Shown: positions 8,147 through 18,402, numbered from the stretch's first letter. The stretch: DNA of 64,000 nt from Sedimentisphaerales bacterium (GCA_963663965.2 CAXXFK010000001.1:348146-412145), one strand, 5' to 3'. Program-made: numbers and translations. Notes: generated by a model not told the origin, from the letters alone.

Positions 8147-10642
8147 ATGATGACTAAACACAACGAGGAACTTTTAAAACCAACCGGTGTCTCCAGGCGC
8201 GGCTTTCTGAAAACCGTCCTGTATACATCGCCCATCCTGTTTTTTGATACCGATGGCCTGTTCGCCCAGGGTATCAAACCGCTTTATAAACCCAAACTGG
8301 TTCCCAAAGGCCAGAAAATCAGAGTCGCCCAGATTGGTGTTTTCAACCGCGGTGATCAAGTCTTCAAGACCTTCAAAAACCACGAAGGCAGTCAATTGGA
8401 ATTCAAGGCCTTTGCCGATGTGGCCTTTACCACGCCCGATTACCGCATGAAAGGCTATCCCAACATCCCCTGTTACCGTGATTACCGCCAGATGTTCGAA
8501 GAAATGCACGATCAAATCGACGCGGTTATTATCGCCACGCCGGATTTCAGCCATTTCCCCATGGTTATGCACGCCATGCTCCTCGGCAAGCATGTCTATG
8601 TTGAAAAACCCCTCGGCCAGAACGTCTACGAAAACCGCCTCCTGCAGAAAACCGCTGCCGCCTGCGGCGTTGTAACTCAGATGGGTAACCAGGGTCATTC
8701 CGATCCCGGTACGTTCCAGTTTGCCGAATGGGTCAAGGCCGGCGTGATCAAAGACGTTACCCGAGTCGATTCCTGGATGGCCAACAGCCGCCGCTGGCAT
8801 GGCTGGACCTACAAAGAATATCCCGAAACCACCCCCGAACCCGGTTATGACTGGGATCAATGGCTTGGTCGCCGCCCGTTCCGTCCCCACAGTCCCCAGT
8901 TAATTGATGGCAACTGGCGTTGCTGGTACGAGTTCGGATGCGGCGCCATGGGGGACTGGGGCGCGCATGTTCTTGACGCGATCCATCGCTATCTCAAACT
9001 CGGCCAGCCCTATGAAATCAGTACCGAACTCATGGGCCCCAGTGATCTGATTTATCCGCAGGGATCAGTCATCACCTTCAAATTCAAAGCCCGTGAAGGC
9101 ATGCCCCCGCTCGAACTGAAATGGTACGATGGCAAAGACAATGTCCCCAAGGTCTCATCCGATCTGGGTGTTAATCTGGGCGGCGTTGGTTCGCTGACCT
9201 ATACCCAGGACTACGCCGTTCTGGGGCGCAGCCATGGCGCGCTCTATCAGGTCGTTTCCAAATCGAAAGAAACGGCCCTCAAAAACGCCGGTAAACTGCC
9301 CGACGCACCCAGGAAAGGCTCCGACCATTACAAAAACTTCCTCAACGCCTGCCAGGGTATCGAACCGGCCAATTCTTCGTTCGATGTTTCTGCTTCTCTG
9401 GCGGAACTGCTCTGTCTGGGATGTATCGGCCAGCGCTTCGGCGGTACCTTGCAATATGACGCCCAGGCCATGAAGATTACCAACAATCCCAAAGCCGACG
9501 CCATGCTCAAAGGCCCCAAAGTACGCGCAGGCTGGGATACCTATGACCGCAGCCAACCGGCAAAATCCAAAAAATCACAGATCCTTGTGCCCGAAAAAAC
9601 CCAGTGGGAAGATCTGTTCAAAGATCCATCGCTCAGCAACTGGGTCAACCCCTATGATTACGGTGAAGCCAAATATGTCAACGGCGAAGTCCACCTTTCA
9701 TCCGACAAAGGCAAATGGTTTTTGCTCACCAAGAAGGATTATACCAACTTCGTCTTCGAAGCCGAAATCCAGATGCCGGTCAACGCCGGTAACTCCGGAT
9801 TCCTGTTCCGCTGTCTGTCAGCCAAAAACCGTGCCTGGGGCTATCAGGCAGAAGTCGATACGGCTGACCGCAAATGGTCGGGCGGACTCTATGACGAAGG
9901 ACGCCGGATGTGGTTTGTTTCGCCCAACCGTGACAAGGCGCCCAGCGAAGAAGCCAAAAATAAATCCATTGCCGAGTTCCGTGAACGCGCCGGCGAATGC
10001 TTCAAGCAGGGCGAGTGGAACAAATACCGGATCGTCTGTATCGGCGCTCATATCCAGATCTACGTCAATGGCGTCCTGACGACCGATACCATGGATGAAT
10101 GGGACATCAGCGGCCCGATCGGTATCCAGCACCATGGCGAAAAAGGCCTGGTCTACAAATTCCGCAACCTGCGGATCAAGGACCTGGGCGCCGGTGGTGA
10201 AATCTACTATCCCCACCGTGAAGATGCCGCCAAACAGGCCGCGCAAAAAGCCGAACAGGAAGGCCCCAAACTGAGCGGTGAAATCTATCAGGCCGAAGAT
10301 TCCAAAATGCAGGGTTGTACCGTCGCCACCAATCACACTGGTTACACCGGTACCGGATTTGTCGATTTCGGCGATGCCGGCACCTCCATCGAATGGACCA
10401 ATATCCGCGCCGAAAAGACCGGTGAATTCACCCTCACCTTCCGCTATGGCGCCACCAATAACCGGCCCTGCGACCTGTTTGTCAACGGCAAGAAAGTTAC
10501 CCAACTGGCATTCAAATCAACCGGCGAGTGGACCAAATGGAGTACGGTTGATGCCAAAGTATCACTCCAAAACGGCATGAACTCCGTCAAACTGGTTGCC
10601 GTTGGAGCCGGCCCCAATATCGATGCCATGGCGCTGAACTAA
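8147..10642 (+). CDS. Tat-exported Gfo/Idh/MocA oxidoreductase fused to DUF1080 (3-keto-glycoside lyase/hydrolase-like) and a C-terminal CBM35/CBM6-like module
   Basis: SRRGFLK Tat motif; IATPD, HVYVEKP, GDWGAHVLD (Gfo); GNSG, GYQAEV, GEWNKYRI, GPIGIQHH (DUF1080); YQAED...GYTGTGFVDF...PNIDAM (CBM35-like). GGAGG RBS. Confidence 0.88.
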   Translation: MMTKHNEELLKPTGVSRRGFLKTVLYTSPILFFDTDGLFAQGIKPLYKPKLVPKGQKIRVAQIGVFNRGDQVFKTFKNHEGSQLEFKAFADVAFTTPDYRMKGYPNIPCYRDYRQMFEEMHDQIDAVIIATPDFSHFPMVMHAMLLGKHVYVEKPLGQNVYENRLLQKTAAACGVVTQMGNQGHSDPGTFQFAEWVKAGVIKDVTRVDSWMANSRRWHGWTYKEYPETTPEPGYDWDQWLGRRPFRPHSPQLIDGNWRCWYEFGCGAMGDWGAHVLDAIHRYLKLGQPYEISTELMGPSDLIYPQGSVITFKFKAREGMPPLELKWYDGKDNVPKVSSDLGVNLGGVGSLTYTQDYAVLGRSHGALYQVVSKSKETALKNAGKLPDAPRKGSDHYKNFLNACQGIEPANSSFDVSASLAELLCLGCIGQRFGGTLQYDAQAMKITNNPKADAMLKGPKVRAGWDTYDRSQPAKSKKSQILVPEKTQWEDLFKDPSLSNWVNPYDYGEAKYVNGEVHLSSDKGKWFLLTKKDYTNFVFEAEIQMPVNAGNSGFLFRCLSAKNRAWGYQAEVDTADRKWSGGLYDEGRRMWFVSPNRDKAPSEEAKNKSIAEFRERAGECFKQGEWNKYRIVCIGAHIQIYVNGVLTTDTMDEWDISGPIGIQHHGEKGLVYKFRNLRIKDLGAGGEIYYPHREDAAKQAAQKAEQEGPKLSGEIYQAEDSKMQGCTVATNHTGYTGTGFVDFGDAGTSIEWTNIRAEKTGEFTLTFRYGATNNRPCDLFVNGKKVTQLAFKSTGEWTKWSTVDAKVSLQNGMNSVKLVAVGAGPNIDAMALN

Positions 10643-10684
10643 TCCGTTGGTTCACTGCCATGCTTAAATATGATTTGCATTACA

Positions 10685-10724
10685 GCCCCGGACAGCCATC
10701 AGGAGTCCGGGGTTTCTTCTTTTT
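10685..10724 (+). terminator. Intrinsic terminator after the Gfo-DUF1080-CBM gene
   Basis: GCCCCGGAC-loop-GTCCGGGGT stem followed by TTCTTCTTTTT. Confidence 0.7.
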
Positions 10725-10768
10725 AACTACTGTCTCAAATTTCAACGGCCAATCCGGGAGGTCTCCCC

Positions 10769-11767
10769 ATGAAACAGTCGTGGATTATAACTGCTTTGAC
10801 ATTCGGTCTCCTGCTCGCTAACACCTTTCTTGGTAATGCGGCCCAAATTGATCTGAAACCGTATGACAACCGGGTTGAAGTCCTGATCGACCAGAAACCC
10901 TTTACCACCTATCTATGGCAACTCGATCCCAACACTCCTTTGGTAGCGCCCGGCCGGAAATTCACCAAGCCGGTCCTCTTCCCGCTCTATTCGCCCTCCG
11001 GCGAAAAAATGGTGCGCAGCTATCCCTTCCAGCAAGCGCCCGGCGAAAGCGCCGACCATCCCCATCACATGGGCGTCTATTTCACCGTTGATATTAACGA
11101 TGACCATTTCTGGGGTAACAGTTCCGCTGACCTGCCCGCCATCCGCCATCAGAAGATCAATCGCCTGGAACCCGGCAAAGACAAAGCCATACTCGCCACC
11201 CAATCATTATGGATCAACCATAACAACCACCCCATCATCGAAGAAAATCGAACCATGACCTTTGGTGTCCTCTCACCTAGCCAATGGACTATTGACCTGG
11301 ACATCACCCTGACGGCCCTGGATTCTCCCGTAACCATCGCAGATACCAAAGAGGGCATGCTCGCTATTCGCGTCGCCCCCTGGCTAAAGGAAAGCGCCGG
11401 CCAAGGCCAGTACCTGAATTCAGAAAACGCCCGCACTGAATCCAAAATCTGGGGCCGCCGCGCCCGCTGGGTCCAACTCCAGGCCCCCAAAGATCAGGAG
11501 ACGCTCGGCCTGGTGATCTTCAACCACCCGGCCAGTACCAACTACCCCACCTTCTGGCACGCCCGCGCCTACGGCTGCTTCGCCGCCAATCCCATCGGCC
11601 AGAGCATCTTCCAGCAGACCCTCAATCAGCCCAACCCCCAGAAACTCAATCTGACCCTCCAACCCAATCAGCCCGTTCCCTTCCGCCACCGCATTCTTGT
11701 CTACGAATCCTCCCTGACTCCGCAGCAGGTCGAGGCACTCTTCAAAACCTATGCCCGGATCCCCTGA
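10769..11767 (+). CDS. Secreted PmoA-like (PF14100/DUF6807-type) beta-sandwich protein; not a methane monooxygenase
   Basis: Signal peptide; KPVLFPL, DHPHH, DTKEG and HPxxxNYPTFWHARxYG motifs typical of this family. Confidence 0.8.
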   Translation: MKQSWIITALTFGLLLANTFLGNAAQIDLKPYDNRVEVLIDQKPFTTYLWQLDPNTPLVAPGRKFTKPVLFPLYSPSGEKMVRSYPFQQAPGESADHPHHMGVYFTVDINDDHFWGNSSADLPAIRHQKINRLEPGKDKAILATQSLWINHNNHPIIEENRTMTFGVLSPSQWTIDLDITLTALDSPVTIADTKEGMLAIRVAPWLKESAGQGQYLNSENARTESKIWGRRARWVQLQAPKDQETLGLVIFNHPASTNYPTFWHARAYGCFAANPIGQSIFQQTLNQPNPQKLNLTLQPNQPVPFRHRILVYESSLTPQQVEALFKTYARIP

Positions 11768-11876
11768 TGTAAAACCAACTCAACCGATCTGACTGACTTA
11801 TCGCCACTTAAAGACTAATTCCAATATTGCGAAAAGTTATTCCTCTCAACCGCATTCTGACAGTATAATAGTCCCC

Positions 11877-12992
11877 ATGAAAAACAAATACGAACAATGG
11901 ATGCGACAGGCGTTACGGCTGGCGGAAAAAGGTGCGGGTTTTGCCGCCCCCAATCCAATGGTGGGAGCCGTCATCGTGCGTGAAGATAAAATCATCGGCA
12001 AAGGCTATCACAAACGCTTCGGCGGCCCCCATGCCGAAATTGAAGCCCTCGCCGATTGCCGTAAACACGGCAACGATCCAGCCGGCGCGACCATGCTGGT
12101 CACACTCGAACCCTGTTGCCATACCGGTAAAACCCCGCCCTGCACCGAAGCGATTGCCGCCGCTGGTATTGCCCGGGTTATCGTCGCCACTCAAGACGAT
12201 TTCGCTCAGGTGGACGGCAAAGGCATCTCCTGGTTGCGCCAACACAATATAGAAGTCGAAGTCGGGATCTGCCAACCGGAAGCCCGCGCCCTCAATGCCG
12301 GATTCTTCAAATTACACAAAACCGGCATGCCCCGTGTCATTTTGAAATGGGCGCAGAGCCTTGACGGCCGGCTGGCCTGGCCACCCGGCCATGAACACCG
12401 CTGGTTCACCGCGGAACCCGCCCGCCACCATGTCCATCGGATCCGCGCCCGCTGCGGTGCGATTCTGGTTGGTAGCCAGACCGTTATTGATGACAATCCT
12501 CTGTTAACGGTTCGGCTTCCTGGATCGTCCCGCCATTTCCGCCCGTTACGCGTGATCCTCGATGGCCGGCTCCGGGTCCCGCTCGATTGCAATCTGGTTA
12601 CCACCATCGAGCAGGCCGGCGTCCTGATCTATACCAGCGAAGAATCCCTTCAACGATACCCCGACAAAGTCATCGCGCTGCGTGAAATGGATTGCCAGGT
12701 CCAGGCCATTCCACTTATTGATGGCCAACTCGATCTGACAGCCGTCTTACAGGATCTGGGCCAACGCGGAGTCGTCGACCTGATGGTCGAAGGGGGTGCC
12801 CGAGTCCATGCCGCCTTTTTACGCCACCGCCTGGCCGACCGGATCATGGCCTACCTGGCCGGTATTATCATCGGCGGCGAAGATACCCCCCAACTCATCT
12901 TCGATCCGCTCAGCTTGCGCCTGTTGAATATCCAGATCGAAACCTTCGGTGAAGACATCATGATCGCCGGAGATATCCCGCCGGTTCAGTAA
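11877..12992 (+). CDS. ribD: Bifunctional riboflavin biosynthesis deaminase/reductase RibD
   Basis: PNPMVGAV, HAE, TLEPCCHTGKTPPC (Zn deaminase), LKWAQSLDG, MVEGG (reductase). Confidence 0.96.
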   Translation: MKNKYEQWMRQALRLAEKGAGFAAPNPMVGAVIVREDKIIGKGYHKRFGGPHAEIEALADCRKHGNDPAGATMLVTLEPCCHTGKTPPCTEAIAAAGIARVIVATQDDFAQVDGKGISWLRQHNIEVEVGICQPEARALNAGFFKLHKTGMPRVILKWAQSLDGRLAWPPGHEHRWFTAEPARHHVHRIRARCGAILVGSQTVIDDNPLLTVRLPGSSRHFRPLRVILDGRLRVPLDCNLVTTIEQAGVLIYTSEESLQRYPDKVIALREMDCQVQAIPLIDGQLDLTAVLQDLGQRGVVDLMVEGGARVHAAFLRHRLADRIMAYLAGIIIGGEDTPQLIFDPLSLRLLNIQIETFGEDIMIAGDIPPVQ

Positions 12993-13316
12993 CCCAGACT
13001 ATTAACCAACACCTCAATCTCCAGTCTGATCACGGTTGAAGTCATTACAATCGCTGCATTCCTTGTAACCGGTCTAATCCCGTCTGATATGACAATCCCT
13101 TCCTTCCTTTCATTTTAACTCGGCAATAAACATCATTTTTCCTTTCTCAGGTATTTACATTGGCCGCCAATAGAACCAAATTGCATAAATTATGGTAACG
13201 TCAACCATTAAGGCTCTAACAGATAAATCTTACATAAAAAGGGCGAATCATAACTGGAAGCCGATTGTTCTTCGGCCCCGGTTTGGTGCCGGTATCGCCG
13301 GATCAGGAGTAGAAAC

Positions 13317-14411
13317 TTGCGTCACCACAAAAATCGTATCCTCTACACTGCGTTACTATGGATAATTCTTGGCGGCACAGTACCCCATCTGTGGGCAGAA
13401 AATTTTAAACTGTTCATCTCCGCCCATGATGCGTTTTCTGCCGGCGGCCGCCAATTCAGTGGCGGCACCCTGGCCGAACTGGATATGGACCTTGGCCAGG
13501 CCGGTATCTTCCTGCAACCCGGCGCCCTGGGCCGGGATATCGATATCGACGCCGTTCATATTCTGGACAACGGCAATATTATCCTGTCCGGATTGACCCC
13601 CGGCCGCCTCGCCGGCGATCAGGTCTATCATCCGGGTGACCTGGTCGAATACGATCCCTTGCGCGATCTCTCCGGTCTGTATCTGGACCATCGGATCCTG
13701 GGCAAAAATGTGAATATCGATGCCCTCAGTATCAACGAAAAAACCGGCGATCTCTACCTGTCTTTCAAAGCACCCGGCACAATGACCGGCTTCACTTACG
13801 ATAACGGCGATATTATTCGTTACAATCTCCGAACCCATAACGCCGATATCTACCTGCCGCAATCCGAATTTGACGGCCCGGTTGATATCGACGCGCTCTT
13901 CATCCGCGAAAACGGTAATGTCGTTTTCTCAACCGATGAACCCGGTTCCCTGCAAGGGATTACTTTCGGACCGGACCAACTGGTCGAATACGATCTCCAA
14001 AATAAACGCGCCTGGATCACCTACGATGGCGCCGATTCGCCCGGCGCCGATATCGACTGCCTCCATATCGCCAGAGATGAACGGATTATCCTGCCCTACC
14101 ATGGCAGCAGCGGAACGGACATTAAAGAAAATAATTCCGGCGGTTATGGCGCCGGTGGATCGATGTCTGTCCCCTTCGGATACCGTCAACCCAATTCAAC
14201 CCTGCCGTCCCCAACGGGAATGAATAATACCGGCGGCGGAACAACCTACAACAACCCACCCCGATACTATCCCGATCCTTCCACCCCCCAGATCAGCGAA
14301 GATCCCGGCCAACAGCCCGTCCCCGAACCCGGCACCCTGGCCCTGCTCGGATTAGGTGCCGGATGGTTCATCCGCCGTCGACAAAAACAGTTAAGAACGG
14401 AAAAAAGATAA
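13317..14411 (+). CDS. PEP-CTERM sorting-domain surface protein with internal repeats
   Basis: Signal peptide; C-terminal VPEPGTLALLGLGAGWFIRRRQK; four DIDAxxI-type repeats; TTG start after AGGAG. Confidence 0.88.
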   Translation: MRHHKNRILYTALLWIILGGTVPHLWAENFKLFISAHDAFSAGGRQFSGGTLAELDMDLGQAGIFLQPGALGRDIDIDAVHILDNGNIILSGLTPGRLAGDQVYHPGDLVEYDPLRDLSGLYLDHRILGKNVNIDALSINEKTGDLYLSFKAPGTMTGFTYDNGDIIRYNLRTHNADIYLPQSEFDGPVDIDALFIRENGNVVFSTDEPGSLQGITFGPDQLVEYDLQNKRAWITYDGADSPGADIDCLHIARDERIILPYHGSSGTDIKENNSGGYGAGGSMSVPFGYRQPNSTLPSPTGMNNTGGGTTYNNPPRYYPDPSTPQISEDPGQQPVPEPGTLALLGLGAGWFIRRRQKQLRTEKR

Positions 14412-14428
14412 ATCAACGATACCTGGGA

Positions 14429-14707
14429 CTATTGCCTGCTTATTGGAACCAGTACCAACTTATTGTCAGTGTACTTATAGAACTCATAATCAACATCAAT
14501 CGATAAACCCTGATAAGAGACCCTCGGTAGATACATCAGACTATTCCCATCGATTCGTATCTCACGGGGTTCCATTTCCAACATTCTCACCTGCATCTCA
14601 TAACCACGCCGGATTTTCTCTCGCTCGGGAGAGGACTTGATAAAACCAAACAGAACAAATCCGATAATAATCGCGATTGCGATAATAACCGTATGCAATA
14701 GTTTCAT
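14429..14707 (-). CDS. Small hypothetical membrane-anchored protein
   Basis: 92 aa, N-terminal hydrophobic helix, AAGGA upstream, AT-richer than its neighbours. Confidence 0.55.
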   Translation of the reverse strand: MKLLHTVIIAIAIIIGFVLFGFIKSSPEREKIRRGYEMQVRMLEMEPREIRIDGNSLMYLPRVSYQGLSIDVDYEFYKYTDNKLVLVPISRQ

Positions 14708-14882
14708 GTGCCATCCTTTTTTAAAACAATTCTCATATTGCCATAATTTAGCTCATATAATACCCATTCTGTTTCAGTATAACGATGAACTTATCTGAAG
14801 CAATCCAAATATGGATCTGTCTCAGATAATCATTAATCAAAACTGACATGGAACTCGTTGGTTATGAATGCGATCATTCCAT

Positions 14883-14911
14883 TTGACACCCGACCCTTAT
14901 TGAAATACAAT
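14883..14911 (+). promoter_or_regulatory. Sigma70-type promoter for the ECF sigma gene
   Basis: TTGACA-N17-TACAAT, ending about 46 nt before ATG 14958. Confidence 0.7.
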
Positions 14912-14957
14912 AATCCCGATTCAAAAATACTGGTAATCCTGAACGCAGTTAAAATCC

Positions 14958-15692
14958 ATGAACGATCCAGCCGGCCCTCGACAATTTGCCACGACCCATT
15001 GGAGCCTGGTGGACGCGGTGAAGTTTGACCAGTCCAACCAGACCCGTGCCCGGGAGGCGCTCGAAACGCTCTGCCAATCCTACTGGTACCCGCTTTACGC
15101 CTTTGTCCGCAGTCGTGGTTACTCCGAAGCCGACGCCCAGGACCTCACCCAGGCTTTTTTCGCGCGTATCATCGAAACCCATGGTTTCAATGCCGCGGAC
15201 CGGTCACGGGGCCGCTTCCGCTCCTATCTGCTTGGCGCCCTGAAACATTTCCTGGCCAACGAATGGGATCGTAACCAGGCCCGGAAACGGGGCGGCAAAA
15301 TACAATTTGCCGAATGGGACGCCCTCAATCTGGAAAACCGCTACGCCGCCACTTCAAACCCCTCGGACAATCCCGATTACCTGTTTGATCGGGAATGGGC
15401 CCTGGAAACGATCTCCAAAACTTTACAAACCCTCCGCGCCGAAATGGACCAAACCGGTAAAACCCGACAATTTGATCTCCTCAAGGGCAGCCTGACCGGA
15501 GAAGATGATTTACCCCGGGATCAACTGGCCACTGAATTGAACATGTCGGAAGGCGCCGTCAAAGTCGCCATCCATCGCCTGCGCCAGCGTTATCGAACGC
15601 TGCTGCGCAATACCATCGCCCAGACCGTCAGTAACGAAGCAGATCTCGAAGATGAATTAAGATACCTGATCGCCATTTTACGTCGGCAATAA
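14958..15692 (+). CDS. ECF RNA polymerase sigma factor of the Ser/Thr-kinase-associated type
   Basis: N-terminal FATTHWSLV, YWYPLYAFVR, AQDLTQAFF, RGRFRSYL (region 2) and LNMSEGAVKVAIHRLR (region 4). Directly followed by a kinase gene. Confidence 0.92.
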   Translation: MNDPAGPRQFATTHWSLVDAVKFDQSNQTRAREALETLCQSYWYPLYAFVRSRGYSEADAQDLTQAFFARIIETHGFNAADRSRGRFRSYLLGALKHFLANEWDRNQARKRGGKIQFAEWDALNLENRYAATSNPSDNPDYLFDREWALETISKTLQTLRAEMDQTGKTRQFDLLKGSLTGEDDLPRDQLATELNMSEGAVKVAIHRLRQRYRTLLRNTIAQTVSNEADLEDELRYLIAILRRQ

Positions 15693-15694
15693 AA

Positions 15695-15733
15695 TTTTCT
15701 GTAACCTACCGGCATATTTTCTTCAGGTAATAC
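15695..15733 (+). promoter_or_regulatory. Candidate ECF-dependent promoter, copy 1 (before the kinase)
   Basis: TTTTCTGTAACC-N15-TTCAGGtAATAC; same blocks and spacing as 18501-18538. Confidence 0.65.
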
Positions 15734-15759
15734 ATGAATCAAAACCTGGAGTAAAATTC

Positions 15760-18402
15760 ATGAATACGCCCGACAATAAAACCTGTAAACGCTGCGGCGC
15801 CGCCATTCCCAGCCAGGCAACCGAACGGCTTTGCCCCGCGTGCCTTATGTCAATCGCCCTGGTATCACCCGGTGATCGGACCGAAACGCAGTCACTCACC
15901 CCCGGCGAGTCGCTGGCCCTCTATGGCTACACGGACCTCCCCTGCGATTTCGGCGGATATCACTTGTTTAAATTACTCGGCCGCGGCGGGATGGGCGCTG
16001 TTTACGAAGCCCAACAGATCGCCACCGGCTGGCGAGTCGCCCTGAAAATGCTGGCCCGGCAACTGGACTCACCAGATATGCGTCAACGTTTTCTCCGCGA
16101 AGGACGCCTGGCAGCCGGTATCAACCACCCCAACAGCCTCTACGTATTTGGCAGCGAAGAAATCGACGACCTGCCCGTAATCACCATGGAAATCGCCGCC
16201 GGCGGCACCCTCAAAGATAAACTCAAGGAACGCGGCCCCCTGCCGGTTGCCGAAGCGGTCGACGCCATTCTCGAAGTCATCTCCGGTCTCGAAGCGACCT
16301 TCGTCGGCGGAATACTTCACCGCGATATCAAACCATCCAACTGCTTTGTCAATCCGGATGGCTCCGTCAAAGTCGGCGATTTTGGCCTGTCCGTCTCCAC
16401 TCTGGCCAAAACCGATACCTTTGTCACCGCCCATGGCAAGATCATGGGCACACCCGCCTACGCCTCACCCGAACAGCTGCGGGGCGATGCCCTGGATTTG
16501 CGGGCGGATATCTACTCGGTTGGCGCGACACTCTTTACCCTGCTCACCAACGAAGCCCCCTTCGACGGCGATAACGCCGTCCAGGTGGTCGCCAACGCCG
16601 TCAACCAGAAACCAAAATCGCTCACCACACTGCGTCCCGATATCCCACCCGATCTCGACCGTATCATTACCCGTTGTCTGGCCAAAGAACCCGCTGGGCG
16701 CTATCCCGACTACCAGACCCTCCGAAACGCGCTTTTACCCTTCAGCTCCAAAGAACCGGAACCCGCCTCCATTATCCAGCGGGTATCGGCCGGATGGATC
16801 GATTACCTGATCGCCTTCATGGTTCCCTATATCCTCATCATGCTCTTTGTCGGCGCGAATCAGTTGATTGTACGCCCCCTGGTTGACCGCACCCTCTATT
16901 CCGCCCGCTATTATTTCGCTTTGTTAGGATTCGGCTTTCTATACTTCACCATCACCGAAGGCCTCTGGGGCGCCGGCCTGGGCAAGTTCCTCAAAGGATT
17001 ACAGATTGTCCGTGTCAATGGCCGCCGGCCTGGTTTCTTTCGCGCCCTGATCCGGATTGTCATCCCCATCCTCTGCGTCGAAACCGTCCGCATGCCCCTC
17101 ATGCTGGCTTTGATTCACACCGCTGATTGGACACCCTGGCAAACCTCTGCCTATGTACTGGCCGCCATCATCTGCGGCTGGATCCCGGTCACGCTGGCGT
17201 TACTGGCCAATCCCAAAAATAACTATGCCACACTCTGGGACACCCTCTCCGGAACACAAGTAAGAATAAAACCCAAAGGCGCCCTCCGGCCGGCAATCAA
17301 ATCAGCCAACGAACCCGATATTCCTGCCGAATCCGCAACGACAATTGGCCCCTACCAGATCCTCAAAACGATCACTCCTGACCAATGGCTCCTTGCGCTG
17401 GATCCGGTCTTGCGCCGCCAGGTCTGGCTGATACGCCAAAACAACAGTCCTCTAACCCAGGCCCGTCAGAATCTTGCCCGGCCCGGCCGCTTACGCTGGC
17501 TGCAAAATGTTCATACCCCCCAGGCAACATGGAACGCCTGTGAAGCGACCGAAGGCCTCCCTTTCACCCAATTGATCGCGGCAGGCAAACACCTGCCCTG
17601 GGCCAGCCTGCGTTTCTGGCTCCACGACCTGGCCTCAGAACTCTGGGAATCATCCACAGACCACACCCTGCCGGCGGAACTCGGCCTCGATCACATCTGG
17701 ATCACCACCCAGGGCCGGGCCATCCTGCTCGACGAACCCTGGCCCGCTTCGAAATCCCCCACCCCGACTATCCCCATCGACTCCCTAACCAACCAGCAGC
17801 GTTTCCTCCACACCGTCGCCGCCGGTGTCGATCCAACCACCCTCCCCCTCCACGCCCGGGGCGTCTTAAAAAATCTGGCCGATGGCAAATTCGAAAAACT
17901 AAGCTTCCTGACCGGCATCCTGCGCACCCTGCTCGACCAACCCGTCGAACTGAACCGCGGACTGCGGGCCGGCTCGGTCTTATTACTGCCGGGCTATGTC
18001 TGGACTGCCGTCATGCTGGGATATTTTCACGATAAGCCCGATCTATTCTGGAATAACCCGATGGATAAACCCCTCTCGATCACCCTGGCCATTTTAGGAG
18101 TATTCGCTCTGATCCAACTCCTCTCCCTGCCATTGGGCAGCACACCCGGCCACCACATCTTCCGCCTGGCCATAATCGACTCCCAGGGCCGCCGCGCCAC
18201 CCTCTCCAGACGATTCAAACGCTGGGCCGCCGTCTGGCTGCCGCTGTTTATCCCCTGCATCTTATTTTTAACGATCTTCCCTGCCGCACCCATCGCCGCC
18301 ATCACCCTCATACTCTGGCTCTGCGCCGTCATCCACACCATCACCCACCCCCACCGCAGCATCCCCGACCAACTCGCAGCCACCTGGGTCGTCCGGCAGT
18401 AA
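15760..18402 (+). CDS. Membrane Hanks-type Ser/Thr protein kinase with Zn-ribbon, RDD domains and a second degenerate kinase-like domain
   Basis: CKRC...CPAC; GRGGMG, VALK, HRDIKPSN, DFG, GTPAYASPEQ; RDD-like segments (RVSAGWIDY...LGKFLKGLQIV...WDTLSGT; TPGHHIFRLAI...PDQLAATWVV). Confidence 0.92.
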   Translation: MNTPDNKTCKRCGAAIPSQATERLCPACLMSIALVSPGDRTETQSLTPGESLALYGYTDLPCDFGGYHLFKLLGRGGMGAVYEAQQIATGWRVALKMLARQLDSPDMRQRFLREGRLAAGINHPNSLYVFGSEEIDDLPVITMEIAAGGTLKDKLKERGPLPVAEAVDAILEVISGLEATFVGGILHRDIKPSNCFVNPDGSVKVGDFGLSVSTLAKTDTFVTAHGKIMGTPAYASPEQLRGDALDLRADIYSVGATLFTLLTNEAPFDGDNAVQVVANAVNQKPKSLTTLRPDIPPDLDRIITRCLAKEPAGRYPDYQTLRNALLPFSSKEPEPASIIQRVSAGWIDYLIAFMVPYILIMLFVGANQLIVRPLVDRTLYSARYYFALLGFGFLYFTITEGLWGAGLGKFLKGLQIVRVNGRRPGFFRALIRIVIPILCVETVRMPLMLALIHTADWTPWQTSAYVLAAIICGWIPVTLALLANPKNNYATLWDTLSGTQVRIKPKGALRPAIKSANEPDIPAESATTIGPYQILKTITPDQWLLALDPVLRRQVWLIRQNNSPLTQARQNLARPGRLRWLQNVHTPQATWNACEATEGLPFTQLIAAGKHLPWASLRFWLHDLASELWESSTDHTLPAELGLDHIWITTQGRAILLDEPWPASKSPTPTIPIDSLTNQQRFLHTVAAGVDPTTLPLHARGVLKNLADGKFEKLSFLTGILRTLLDQPVELNRGLRAGSVLLLPGYVWTAVMLGYFHDKPDLFWNNPMDKPLSITLAILGVFALIQLLSLPLGSTPGHHIFRLAIIDSQGRRATLSRRFKRWAAVWLPLFIPCILFLTIFPAAPIAAITLILWLCAVIHTITHPHRSIPDQLAATWVVRQ

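Noticed and set aside
10769..11767. Particulate methane monooxygenase subunit
   Set aside because: Soluble secreted beta-rich protein with no pmoCAB context; the family name PmoA is misleading.
11768..11876. FMN riboswitch before ribD
   Set aside because: Only ~110 nt, AT-rich, with TATAAT close to the start and no RFN consensus blocks.
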